Assembly (NCBI GenBank): GCA_903843285.1
Contig: CAIMPC010000026.1
Location: 1 to 61,129, forward strand
Reading direction: 5' to 3'
DNA length: 61,129 nt
Source: Candidatus Omnitrophota bacterium
GTDB lineage: Bacteria > Omnitrophota > Gorgyraeia > 2-01-FULL-45-10
Of the stretch, positions 49,816 to 58,358 are shown piece by piece; position 1 is the stretch's first letter, and each line of letters starts with the position of its first letter. The notes beneath the pieces were generated by a model. The model saw only the letters and a program-made list of their open reading frames with translations, was not told the DNA's origin and ran no database searches. The position numbers were made by a program, and so were the translations under genes.

Positions 49816-51269
49816 TATTTATCCTTTAGTTCGATAAGCGCTTTTCTGGCCGCCACGCATATAGCGTCATAACTATTTTTTGCGCCCATATCCAGCCCTT
49901 CCTTTTCCAGGTCTTCCGGAAGAAGCGGCTTGCCGAACCTCACTCTGATCAGATGGCGCTTGGGATATCTTGCAGTACTGGCCCAAGCTTCGTGAGTCCC
50001 TTCTATTGCTACAGGTACTAGCCTTGCGCCCGTTTCTTTAGACAGGACGCCAAACCCTTTCTTAAATTTTCCGACTTCGCCTGTACTGCTACGCATCCCT
50101 TCCGGAAAGTAGCACAAACCTTTGCCATGATGTAATACGAAATAACAACTGCGCAGCGCCTCTAAAAAATGCGCTGAAAAATCAAAAGGGATGATCCTCC
50201 CCATCTTTATCATATTTCTTAGCACGCGGTTCTTTAGGAACGGCCTGAAATAGTAGGGTCCAAACACGAAGTAAAATAGCTGAAAGACTGGTCTGCGCGG
50301 TAGGCTTGCGATAATGGCAGCGCCATCGAGAAAACTCGTGTGGTTGGGATATATTATATATGCTCCTTCTTCGGGCACATTCTCTGCTCCCTCTATCTTA
50401 ATACCAAAGAACAGTTTTATATATGTGCAAATTATGGCTGTGCAAATAAACCGAAACAGCCACGCAAAAAAACCGGTGCTTAATTCGAGTACTTCCAGAT
50501 TTTCTTTTTTTGGCAGCACATGTAAAGTTTCTTTCCAGTAATCCGGTCCCAGAGATATGCCCAGGTCCTCCCGGGGTATCTCCTTAGCTCCCTCGAGCGC
50601 ATCCATTACCCCCAGAATAAGGTCCTTTACACCGAACGCTCTTGAGATCGCCTCATCTTTTATATCGGCGCCAAAAGCTAACTCGAGTCGCGACGCAAGC
50701 TCTATTCTGCCTAATGAATCTATGCCAAGGTCCAGCTCTAATGAATCCTCAAGAATTATAGGTCTCTCAATGTTGCCCTGCTCTTTCAAGCATTCCAGAA
50801 TGATTTTACCGGTCTCGGACCCCGTCAGCAGAAGATCGCCTGCCGAAGGTACCCCCGGCACCGGAAGAGCGCCTTCAATTCCCGCAATAACTCTGGGTTC
50901 GTATAACTTCTTGACCGCATGTCTTTCTATCTTACCGAACAGATTATGCGGCAGATCATCCAGTGTGATCGTAAAACCTTTTATTCTTTTATAGGATGGC
51001 AGTGATTGAGAAGCATTATCAAACCTTTCCATAAGAACGGAACGCAGGTTCACTTCGTCAAATTCCCTGAATTTATCAAGATCCGGCCAAATGACAGCCC
51101 AAAGAACCTTCGCGCCCTTTTCACCCTTCATTCCGGAGACCGTAAAGACGCACATCTCTTTGATAGGAGCAACCTTTGTATAAGCCTCTTCTATCTCCTC
51201 CGGATAAATTATATTTCCGGATTTCACCATAATAAATTCCCTGAATTTATCCGTAAAAGTCTCTGTCAT
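49815..51269 (-). CDS. AMP-binding C-subdomain / ACP / PlsC acyltransferase (adenylation core missing)
   Basis: Begins at SGNIIYPEEIE; DLGIDSL; NHTSFLD; FPEG. Confidence 0.85.
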   Translation of the reverse strand: MTETFTDKFREFIMVKSGNIIYPEEIEEAYTKVAPIKEMCVFTVSGMKGEKGAKVLWAVIWPDLDKFREFDEVNLRSVLMERFDNASQSLPSYKRIKGFTITLDDLPHNLFGKIERHAVKKLYEPRVIAGIEGALPVPGVPSAGDLLLTGSETGKIILECLKEQGNIERPIILEDSLELDLGIDSLGRIELASRLELAFGADIKDEAISRAFGVKDLILGVMDALEGAKEIPREDLGISLGPDYWKETLHVLPKKENLEVLELSTGFFAWLFRFICTAIICTYIKLFFGIKIEGAENVPEEGAYIIYPNHTSFLDGAAIIASLPRRPVFQLFYFVFGPYYFRPFLKNRVLRNMIKMGRIIPFDFSAHFLEALRSCYFVLHHGKGLCYFPEGMRSSTGEVGKFKKGFGVLSKETGARLVPVAIEGTHEAWASTARYPKRHLIRVRFGKPLLPEDLEKEGLDMGAKNSYDAICVAARKALIELKDK

Positions 51270-53953
51270 TTACCCGCTCCATATTTTAATTCGATAGAGG
51301 TCGTTCCGGGCATAATTCTCACGTTCGCAAATCCGGGCAGACAAATGTCTATTGATGGCTCTTTCGTAAGCCACTGTCCATGCCATTCGATATGGATGTT
51401 TTGCCCTTTTGGCTTTATGTGTATTTGAATATCTCCAAATTTTGTTGGCGCAGGCCCAAACGCAAGCGCTTGATCTTTCTCCAGCCAAATTCGTGGAATA
51501 CCGGAACATAAAATTAATCCATCGCATTCTTCGCGTACAAAACAATTTCTTATTATCAAGACCCACTCCGCTGCAGCCCATACATGCTGCCCATCCCCCA
51601 TACATCCGCCGCCTGTACGTGGATGTACCGACTCAGGCCATTGCCCAGTAGATGACGCCAGCTTCGCCACCGCTGTCATTAAACCAAGATATCTGGAATC
51701 ACCGGCGCGCAAAAGGTTCTGAGCTAAATGTAACGTAAGATAAGGATTAATCCCCGAATGGGTCATATCATGAAAAAATCCGCCATGGACCAAACAATTT
51801 TTCATTAAATACTCGGTCGTATCCAAAATTCTTGGGTCATTTTCTTCAAAAACGTGAAGCGGATATCCGGCAACTAGTGAACCGATCGCTCCCGTATCTA
51901 AGCGTCGATAAGGAGATGCCGGTATCGCAGGGCGTTTTAATCGACCTTCCACTTTCTTTATGCTTTGATCGATACTTTTCAGCAACGTATACGCTTCCTC
52001 TTCAAAATGGCTTGCCTCGTCATTATCCTTGTATGCGGCGCTCAAAAATGCAGCTGCCCTTAATCCCGCTACAGCCCAAAAGTCATCCCAATAATAAAAA
52101 TCATTCGGCCCCAAATGCTCAGCGCTAAATCCCGATGGTAATAAACCTGCGTGGGGGGAGAGCAAATCCCCGGATAAGCGCTTTTTGCATATCCACTTGC
52201 CAGCCTTGCTTATCGAGTCTTGCCATTCTTTTGGTGGCACATTTCCTGTCATCTCACAATATTGACGAATGATCCACAAGGCCTCGCCGTTGGAATCCCA
52301 TTCCCCTTCCTGGGACAAGAAATAACCTTGCAATGTTTGACGAGAACGAAAACAATCCAATGCCCTGTAAACGCGTTCCTTCAATCCTACGCACAAGAGA
52401 CCGTATAATATAAAAGCGGCATCTCTAAACCAAAATCTGCGATAAATATATGGCCCCGGATAAACTTCCTTTGGAGAATGTAAAATCATAGTATGGATAG
52501 CGGCATCATATAGAAATTTAAAATTTTTATCGGGTATCTGTAGCGCGCAAATGCCTTTAAGACTCGTCTTCCATGTCTCTTGCGCGGTTTCTTCGTATCC
52601 CGAATATGCTACTTTTTCTATTCTATCTTTCGTTAAAGGCACTGAAATTGTAATTTCCTGTGAGCTTCCAGGTTCTATTATATATAGCGCTGCGGAGCTG
52701 GCCATACCGACTTTGCATGAAATTTCTTTTTCATTTTCCATTGATGACAGACGACTATAAACATCGCCTCGAAGATAATCTGAAAATATATATTGGCCGG
52801 GAGGCCGATCAAAATATACGATATTTTTTTTGTTTACCTGCCAACCCAACGAATCGTCAAGGAGAGCAATGTTATTTATTAAACTCACGCCTTCGGGGTT
52901 ATATGGTCTAAGGGAAACAACTATCTGTGCTTTTACGGAGGCGGACCCTTTAATCTTAACCCGACAAATAGGTGCTACAGCCGAGCCAATAACTTGCGCT
53001 TCCAATCGCAGCTTTAATGTATCAAGGCTTGATTCTGTTACCACGCAGAGGTTATCATCCATAACCATCTTTTGTAATACGTTCGGACTGCGCGATGGGA
53101 TCAACGGTTCTCCCTCGATTGGAATGACCCATACGTCAATAGACCATCCATCATAAAAGGGAGTGAATAGACCCCGAGGATCCACGAGAGGGAATTCAGT
53201 GCCGTCAGGTATTCCTACGGCTGTCCAATTTCTATGGGTAAGATTAATTTGAGTCAATGAAAAGGACCTGGGAATAAATGCCTCGTCTTGAGGATCATAT
53301 TGGCGCTCCACCCAATAAGGCCAGATCCAATCAAGATTATGCTGGATAGCTAAACTATTCATCAGGCCACGAGCGTGTAAAACAACACCTGAGCGCAACA
53401 GTTCCGTAGGAGCTGTCACCTCCGAAGGCTGCGCAAACTTCTCTAACTGAGAAAGCACTTTGATAGGATCTATAAAACCCTGCCTTCGCGCGACATCACT
53501 AACTAAAGATCTCCAGGGGAACCATTTCCACCACATAAAATATACCTTCTCCGTTAAAAGGATCCTGAAAACCCACCATTTAAAGCAAATAAAGGCAAAC
53601 AGGCTGGTGCATATGGTGGCAATTATCAATGCCGGATAAATGGCGCCATGCCAGATGTTAAGAATGATTTGATTTATTACTACGTTAATCCCTAAAGCTA
53701 AGAAATTAATCAGTGCATACCGGCCAAATTCTGAATATGAAGACTGACTGCGCTTGAATGCCCAATACTTATAAAGCAGATATCCTACAATACCCGCGCA
53801 CGTAAAAGAGATCGCTTTGGCTATACTAAAAAGCATGAAATGAAATAGGATATAATAAACGCCGAAGTCTGTAGCATTGACTATAGTACCTGCAACAAAT
53901 ACTTTGATAATCTCTTTTCTGGAATTGCTGTCTATCTTTAATAAATTTTTCAT
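51266..53953 (-). CDS. GtrA-like flippase domain fused to a six-hairpin (GH15-like) glycosidase-like protein
   Basis: N-terminal 4-TM GtrA pattern (YKYWAF, FKWWVF); PGPYIYRRFWFRDA, GEWDSNG, SAEHLGPND, GQWPE, GDGQH. Confidence 0.75.
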   Translation of the reverse strand: MKNLLKIDSNSRKEIIKVFVAGTIVNATDFGVYYILFHFMLFSIAKAISFTCAGIVGYLLYKYWAFKRSQSSYSEFGRYALINFLALGINVVINQIILNIWHGAIYPALIIATICTSLFAFICFKWWVFRILLTEKVYFMWWKWFPWRSLVSDVARRQGFIDPIKVLSQLEKFAQPSEVTAPTELLRSGVVLHARGLMNSLAIQHNLDWIWPYWVERQYDPQDEAFIPRSFSLTQINLTHRNWTAVGIPDGTEFPLVDPRGLFTPFYDGWSIDVWVIPIEGEPLIPSRSPNVLQKMVMDDNLCVVTESSLDTLKLRLEAQVIGSAVAPICRVKIKGSASVKAQIVVSLRPYNPEGVSLINNIALLDDSLGWQVNKKNIVYFDRPPGQYIFSDYLRGDVYSRLSSMENEKEISCKVGMASSAALYIIEPGSSQEITISVPLTKDRIEKVAYSGYEETAQETWKTSLKGICALQIPDKNFKFLYDAAIHTMILHSPKEVYPGPYIYRRFWFRDAAFILYGLLCVGLKERVYRALDCFRSRQTLQGYFLSQEGEWDSNGEALWIIRQYCEMTGNVPPKEWQDSISKAGKWICKKRLSGDLLSPHAGLLPSGFSAEHLGPNDFYYWDDFWAVAGLRAAAFLSAAYKDNDEASHFEEEAYTLLKSIDQSIKKVEGRLKRPAIPASPYRRLDTGAIGSLVAGYPLHVFEENDPRILDTTEYLMKNCLVHGGFFHDMTHSGINPYLTLHLAQNLLRAGDSRYLGLMTAVAKLASSTGQWPESVHPRTGGGCMGDGQHVWAAAEWVLIIRNCFVREECDGLILCSGIPRIWLEKDQALAFGPAPTKFGDIQIHIKPKGQNIHIEWHGQWLTKEPSIDICLPGFANVRIMPGTTSIELKYGAGK

Positions 53954-53990
53954 TACAGTAACCTTATATTCTCTGAGCCTTTACATGCTG

Positions 53991-55271
53991 TTAAATGTTT
54001 ATCTTGCCTGACCTGATGATCTCTTCATATTTTTTTGCCGAATCCCGGATTTTCCGTTCTTGTGTTGTATAATCAACCTCTATCAACCCAAATCTTGGCG
54101 CAAAGCCCTCAGCCCATTCAAAATTATCCAAAAGCGACCAATAGAGATAGCCAAGCACATGGACACCCTCCTTCATAGCCAAAGCTACAGACTTAATATG
54201 CTCTGCTATAAACTCCGTACGCTCACGATCATCATCTGTGCAAATGCCGTTTTCTGAAATTAAAATCGGTAATTTGTATTTTGAAAATATCCTTATGAGC
54301 GTATACAATCCTTTCGGATAGATTTCCCACCCAAGAAAATTAATCTTACCTCGAGATTTATTTAAAGCAACTTTGATTTTATCGGAGAAAATGTCGAATG
54401 GCTTAAACCCGCTATTATGGACATGTTCCCGCATATAATAATTTAAACCTATAAAATCCAGAGTTTTCGCTCTAGAAAGTCTTATACTGAAAATCCATGA
54501 AACTTTTGCTTTACCCCGAATCAAAGCCTGTACAAACAGATGATTGATCAACCTATCCCGTATACTCGCAGAAATCCAATCCCACAACGATAGGCCCGAA
54601 AAAGGCGTAAATATAAGCACTTGTTGAGCCACTCCGATGGCCGGCCTTTTCCATTTTTTTTGGACATACACTTCTTTGATCTTGCCGTAAGCCAAGACAT
54701 GCGCATCGGCCAGATTTTTTACAACTTTAAACGCTTTGCTTACTGACTTCTCTCCCGGCGGCCATTGTCCAATTATATAGCTTTTATGCGCATAAACAGC
54801 CGGCTCATTTATTGTGATCCAATAATGAATATCAGCACCCAGCGCTTCTGTCGTCTTTTCTACATATTTAGCAAAAAGTTCCGGACTTTTGTCCGATAGC
54901 CATCCTCCCTGGCCCACCAACCATAAAGGTATAGTAAAATGATTTAATGTAACGATAGGCTCGATTCCCTTGGATTTCAGCGAAAGGATCATTTTGCGAT
55001 AATGCTCAATAGCTGAACTGTTAAATTGCCCGGGTGATGGCTCAATGCGGCTCCATTCGAGGGAAAGACGATGAGCTGTAAACCCGAAAGTTTGGGCAAG
55101 TTTAAAATCCTCTTCAAAGCGATTCCAGTGATCGCAAGCCTGACCGGAACGCGACTGAAGGTCTCGAGTTTGCTCCCACTGCCACCAATCGTTATTGGTA
55201 TTATTCCCCTCGACCTGATGAGATGAAGTGGATGCGCCCCACAAGAAATCTTTTGGGAATGTAAATTCCAT
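53991..55271 (-). CDS. Glycoside hydrolase family 1 (beta-glucosidase-like)
   Basis: FLWGASTSSHQVEG, SLEWSRIEP, TINEP, ISENG, WSLLDNFEW. Confidence 0.95.
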   Translation of the reverse strand: MEFTFPKDFLWGASTSSHQVEGNNTNNDWWQWEQTRDLQSRSGQACDHWNRFEEDFKLAQTFGFTAHRLSLEWSRIEPSPGQFNSSAIEHYRKMILSLKSKGIEPIVTLNHFTIPLWLVGQGGWLSDKSPELFAKYVEKTTEALGADIHYWITINEPAVYAHKSYIIGQWPPGEKSVSKAFKVVKNLADAHVLAYGKIKEVYVQKKWKRPAIGVAQQVLIFTPFSGLSLWDWISASIRDRLINHLFVQALIRGKAKVSWIFSIRLSRAKTLDFIGLNYYMREHVHNSGFKPFDIFSDKIKVALNKSRGKINFLGWEIYPKGLYTLIRIFSKYKLPILISENGICTDDDRERTEFIAEHIKSVALAMKEGVHVLGYLYWSLLDNFEWAEGFAPRFGLIEVDYTTQERKIRDSAKKYEEIIRSGKINI

Positions 55272-55289
55272 CTTTAACTTCCTTGCCCA

Positions 55290-55421
55290 TTATTTACCGA
55301 TATTTTCAATATGTTTCCCCGCGCTTTCTATGTCTTTCCCCGCTCCCCTGGCCGCGTTGCATCCTACGGTCGAGATCATCAAAAATAAAGCTGCGAGCAC
55401 TACTAACGTAAGCTTTTTCAT
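55290..55421 (-). CDS. Entericidin A/B-family lipoprotein, copy 1
   Basis: MKKLTLVVLAALFLMISTVGC-NAARGAGKDIESAGKHIENIGK. Confidence 0.8.
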   Translation of the reverse strand: MKKLTLVVLAALFLMISTVGCNAARGAGKDIESAGKHIENIGK

Positions 55422-55587
55422 ATTTTTTCTTTACGATCAGAAAATAAAGCACCATGCCGATAACTGGCAAAATGAGTATCAGGACGATCCACAACGCCTT
55501 ATTGGCCGTATCCGCAGAACTTTTCAGAATATCAACGATTGCGCTAATATCCAGAACCAATACTAAAAACGTCGCTATTCCTATCAT
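55306..55587 (-). CDS. PLDc_N small membrane protein, copy 2 (C-terminally extended)
   Basis: LDISAIVDILKSS...KALWIVLILILPVIGMVLYFL; no stop after KKK, so it runs across the entericidin ORF in another frame. Confidence 0.75.
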   Translation of the reverse strand: MIGIATFLVLVLDISAIVDILKSSADTANKALWIVLILILPVIGMVLYFLIVKKKYEKAYVSSARSFIFDDLDRRMQRGQGSGERHRKRGETY

Positions 55588-55619
55588 ACTGCCTCCCCAA
55601 AAAATACTTTAGGATAATC

Positions 55620-55808
55620 TTATCTAATACGCACGTCGTTAATGTTACCCAATATACCGAATGCCTGCAATAACCAAATGGCGACAACAATGATCACAAC
55701 GACATTCAGGATAGACTTGATTTTACTATCCATAGGTATATAAGTATTAATCAACCATAGGGCCACGCCAACAACAACTAACACTACGACAACTGAAATT
55801 AATGACAT
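55620..55808 (-). CDS. Thivi_2564-like small membrane protein
   Basis: MSLISVVVVLVVVGVALWLINTYIPMDSKIKSILNVVV...WLLQAFG; AGGAGG RBS. Confidence 0.8.
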   Translation of the reverse strand: MSLISVVVVLVVVGVALWLINTYIPMDSKIKSILNVVVIIVVAIWLLQAFGILGNINDVRIR

Positions 55809-55843
55809 TTGTCTGCCTCCTAATGTTTTATTCCATGCCCGCA

Positions 55844-55981
55844 TCAATATTTCAAATCTTTCAAGAAATGATGTTTTACCTCACTACTACCATTGTCCGA
55901 CATAGCTTTCTGCTCATCGATTTCGACCCATTCCTTAAGCTGTGCGGCTAATTTGTCGATAAAAGTTTCTTTTTTCTTCAC
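55844..55981 (-). pseudogene. Short, probably truncated coiled-coil stress-protein-like ORF
   Basis: GGGAGG RBS, GTG start, KETFIDKLAAQLKEWVEIDE; stops after 45 aa. Confidence 0.45.
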
Positions 55982-56003
55982 TCCGACCTCCCTTCTCTGC
56001 TCC

Positions 56004-56177
56004 TTAAAACAATTTCCTCTTTTCGATCAAAAAATAAAGGATCATGCCTATAACGGGCAGGACCACAATCAAAATGATCCATAACAGTTTCTTCACTGTA
56101 TCTGCTGAACTTTTTAGGATATCAAGGATGGCAATGATATCCAGAATCAGAACTATAAGCCCAACTATTCCTATCAT
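56004..56177 (-). CDS. PLDc_N small membrane protein, copy 3
   Basis: MIGIVGLIVLILDIIAILDILKSSADTVKKLLWIILIVVLPVIGMILYFLIEKRKLF; AGGAGG RBS. Confidence 0.85.
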   Translation of the reverse strand: MIGIVGLIVLILDIIAILDILKSSADTVKKLLWIILIVVLPVIGMILYFLIEKRKLF

Positions 56178-56302
56178 GGTTCCTCCTGATTTTAAGCGTA
56201 ATAATTAAGCCATTATAGCTCGCTTGCGAGCTCATAGAAGAAACTCAAGCCTCTCCTATAAGCGGAGATAATCTAATAGCTATGTCGCTCCTTTTTTATA
56301 GT

Positions 56303-56434
56303 TTATTTGCCGATACCTTCTATGTGCTTACCCGTATCCGATATATCTCTTCCAACGCCCCTGGCTGCATTGCACCCCGATATCGACATAACCAAAAATA
56401 AAGCTACGAACATTAATAAAGAAATTTTTTTCAT
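56303..56434 (-). CDS. Entericidin A/B-family lipoprotein, copy 2
   Basis: MKKISLLMFVALFLVMSISGC-NAARGVGRDISDTGKHIEGIGK; AGGAG RBS. Confidence 0.85.
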   Translation of the reverse strand: MKKISLLMFVALFLVMSISGCNAARGVGRDISDTGKHIEGIGK

Positions 56435-56460
56435 GCTATCTCCTATGTTATGGCTACCAG

Positions 56461-57492
56461 TTACTGTTTTACGGTTGTATTTATTATGGTCGTTATAGCT
56501 GTGCTTGTTGTTTTCGAGACCGCAGAAAGTAATATAATGGATCGCGCATGTCGCTTTCCATCTCTCACTGTAAATTCAATTTTAACTACATCGCCCGGCT
56601 TTAGATCTAATTGCAGGGGATCCAAAAGCGGAGCTTTCATAACAACAACATCCTTTGGTTCAAATACGAAAAAGAACAGATTATTTTCCCCTGCTTCGCC
56701 GGGTAACGGTTTCTGCTCGATCATGAGCGTTCCAGCTTCTGCATCTATTGCCTCAAGCTCACCAGTTGCTTCCTGTAGGGCAGGTGCAGGCATAGGTTCG
56801 ACAATGATCTTTCGCGTACTTGTTGTTGTTGTGGTGGTGGTTGTGCTCGTAGTTTCCGGAGCAGCTTGAAGCAGCATAATGGAGCGTGCATGCCGCTGTC
56901 CTTCGCTCACCACGAATCCAATCTTCACTAGATCGCCCGGCCTTAGATCCAACTGCACAGGATCCGTGCTTGGTGTCCTCATAATAATTATGCTCTTTGG
57001 ATCAAAGACAAAATAGATGAAATTTCTTCTATCTTCTCTGGATAATGATTTCTGCGAAATAATAATCGTTCCGACCTGAGCATCTATAACCTCAAGCTCA
57101 CCGGTGACTTCTTGCAGGACAGGCTCCGGCATGGGATCAACGGTGATCTTCCGAGCCATCGTATCTACGATGACGCCGCTAGGACTATCGACCAATTCAA
57201 TAGTGACATGTTGACCCGGTTTTAAATCCTTAACAACGAGAAACTTCTTGTCCATTGGATCGGTCACAAGCGTCTGTTCCAAATTAAGCTTATACTCTGA
57301 TATATCTCTGGTATCTTGACCTGGATCGCTATCAAGCTGTAGCATACCGAGCTTAACATTAATCCATGAAATTATGCCGGAAACGTGGCGCATCTTTGTC
57401 TTGGCAGTCACTTCGGCTGCAGATACATGTGCTAACTCACCAAACATAAAGATCACCAAAATTCCAAATAAAACTGCCTTAAGCCTCCACAT
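56461..57492 (-). CDS. Exported protein with three OB-fold-like beta repeats and Thr-rich linkers
   Basis: Signal peptide; DLKPGQHV / DLRPGDLV / DLKPGDVV modules; modules 2 and 3 are clear duplicates. Confidence 0.75.
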   Translation of the reverse strand: MWRLKAVLFGILVIFMFGELAHVSAAEVTAKTKMRHVSGIISWINVKLGMLQLDSDPGQDTRDISEYKLNLEQTLVTDPMDKKFLVVKDLKPGQHVTIELVDSPSGVIVDTMARKITVDPMPEPVLQEVTGELEVIDAQVGTIIISQKSLSREDRRNFIYFVFDPKSIIIMRTPSTDPVQLDLRPGDLVKIGFVVSEGQRHARSIMLLQAAPETTSTTTTTTTTSTRKIIVEPMPAPALQEATGELEAIDAEAGTLMIEQKPLPGEAGENNLFFFVFEPKDVVVMKAPLLDPLQLDLKPGDVVKIEFTVRDGKRHARSIILLSAVSKTTSTAITTIINTTVKQ

Positions 57493-57543
57493 ACGTCCTC
57501 CTTCGGTTATTACTACACTTTCCCTTATCAGCCTTATGCTTGC

Positions 57544-57589
57544 ATATTAGTAAAAAATAGGGAAACGGTCAATTGTACCTGGGTATAAT
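57544..57589 (-). promoter_or_regulatory. Palindromic box plus sigma70 promoter, copy 2
   Basis: GGTCAATTGTACCTGGGTATAAT (57567-57589); minus strand TTGACC-N17-TAATAT. Confidence 0.8.
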
Positions 57590-57639
57590 CGGTCTTTGGT
57601 GACATTACGCCTCCTATCGGTTATAAACATCACTTCCAC

Positions 57640-58011
57640 CTATTTTTGAAAAGCAAGACTAATCAAATCCACCAACGCCTGGTCATTAAACGGTTTTTGC
57701 AGAAACCCTACGACCCCTGCTTTTAAAGCCTTCTCGCTAAGTCCTCCATTCTTATCCGCCGACATAATAATAACCGGACGGTTAGATCCTGACTTAAGAA
57801 GGCGCTGATGCGTTTGCCATCCGTCTAACCCCGGCATATGGATATCCAGTAGCAAACAACCTGATGCGCTATTGGGTACACTGTGAAAAAAATCCTCTGC
57901 GGAAGTAAAAGTAGCCACTGTAAATCCGTACGTACCTAACAGAGCTCTAAGCGCACGGCATACTGATTCATCATCATCTACAATGAAAATGTGGTTCTTC
58001 TTGGATAAGAT
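57640..58011 (-). CDS. Single-domain FixJ-like response regulator without a canonical start codon
   Basis: The frame extends upstream of GTG 57918 through HIFIVDDDESVCRAL to ATC 58011, just after SD GGGGAGGGAG; CLLLDIHMPGLDG, KPF. Confidence 0.75.
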   Translation of the reverse strand: MLSKKNHIFIVDDDESVCRALRALLGTYGFTVATFTSAEDFFHSVPNSASGCLLLDIHMPGLDGWQTHQRLLKSGSNRPVIIMSADKNGGLSEKALKAGVVGFLQKPFNDQALVDLISLAFQK

Positions 58012-58041
58012 TTCTGCTCCCTCCCCTAATGTTTGCGAAGG

Positions 58042-58191
58042 TTAAAGTAACTTCCGTCCACTAATGAGACGCAAAATAATAACAATAACTGCAATAACAA
58101 GCAGTATGTGGATAAACCCTCCCATGGTGTACGACGAAACCAACCCTAATAACCAAAGCACAATCAAAATAACTGCAACTGTGTACAGCAT
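58042..58191 (-). CDS. lmo0937-family small membrane protein
   Basis: MLYTVAVILIVLWLLGLVSSYTMGGFIHILLVIAVIVIILRLISGRKLL; AGGAGG RBS. Confidence 0.88.
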   Translation of the reverse strand: MLYTVAVILIVLWLLGLVSSYTMGGFIHILLVIAVIVIILRLISGRKLL

Positions 58192-58249
58192 ATCGAACCT
58201 CCTGACTGATAACGATTCACAATTCCTATAGAAGAATTTAGTATATGGT

Positions 58250-58295
58250 ATTGTATGGAAATATCAAAAAATGGTCAATTGTACTTGGGTATAAT
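58250..58295 (-). promoter_or_regulatory. Palindromic box plus sigma70 promoter, copy 3
   Basis: GGTCAATTGTACTTGGGTATAAT (58273-58295); minus strand TTGACC-N17-TACAAT. Confidence 0.8.
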
Positions 58296-58358
58296 AGTGA
58301 GATTTTACGATATGTCTTAGAAAATATTGCCTTTTAAACAATCAGGAAGAAATTAGTG

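Noticed and set aside
56217-56232. Palindrome AGCTCGCTTGCGAGCT
   Set aside because: Single copy with a 2-nt loop and no U-tract; no function can be supported.
56815-56850. (GTT/GTG)n microsatellite as a phase-variation tract
   Set aside because: Trinucleotide repeat encoding a poly-Thr linker; length changes would not shift the frame.
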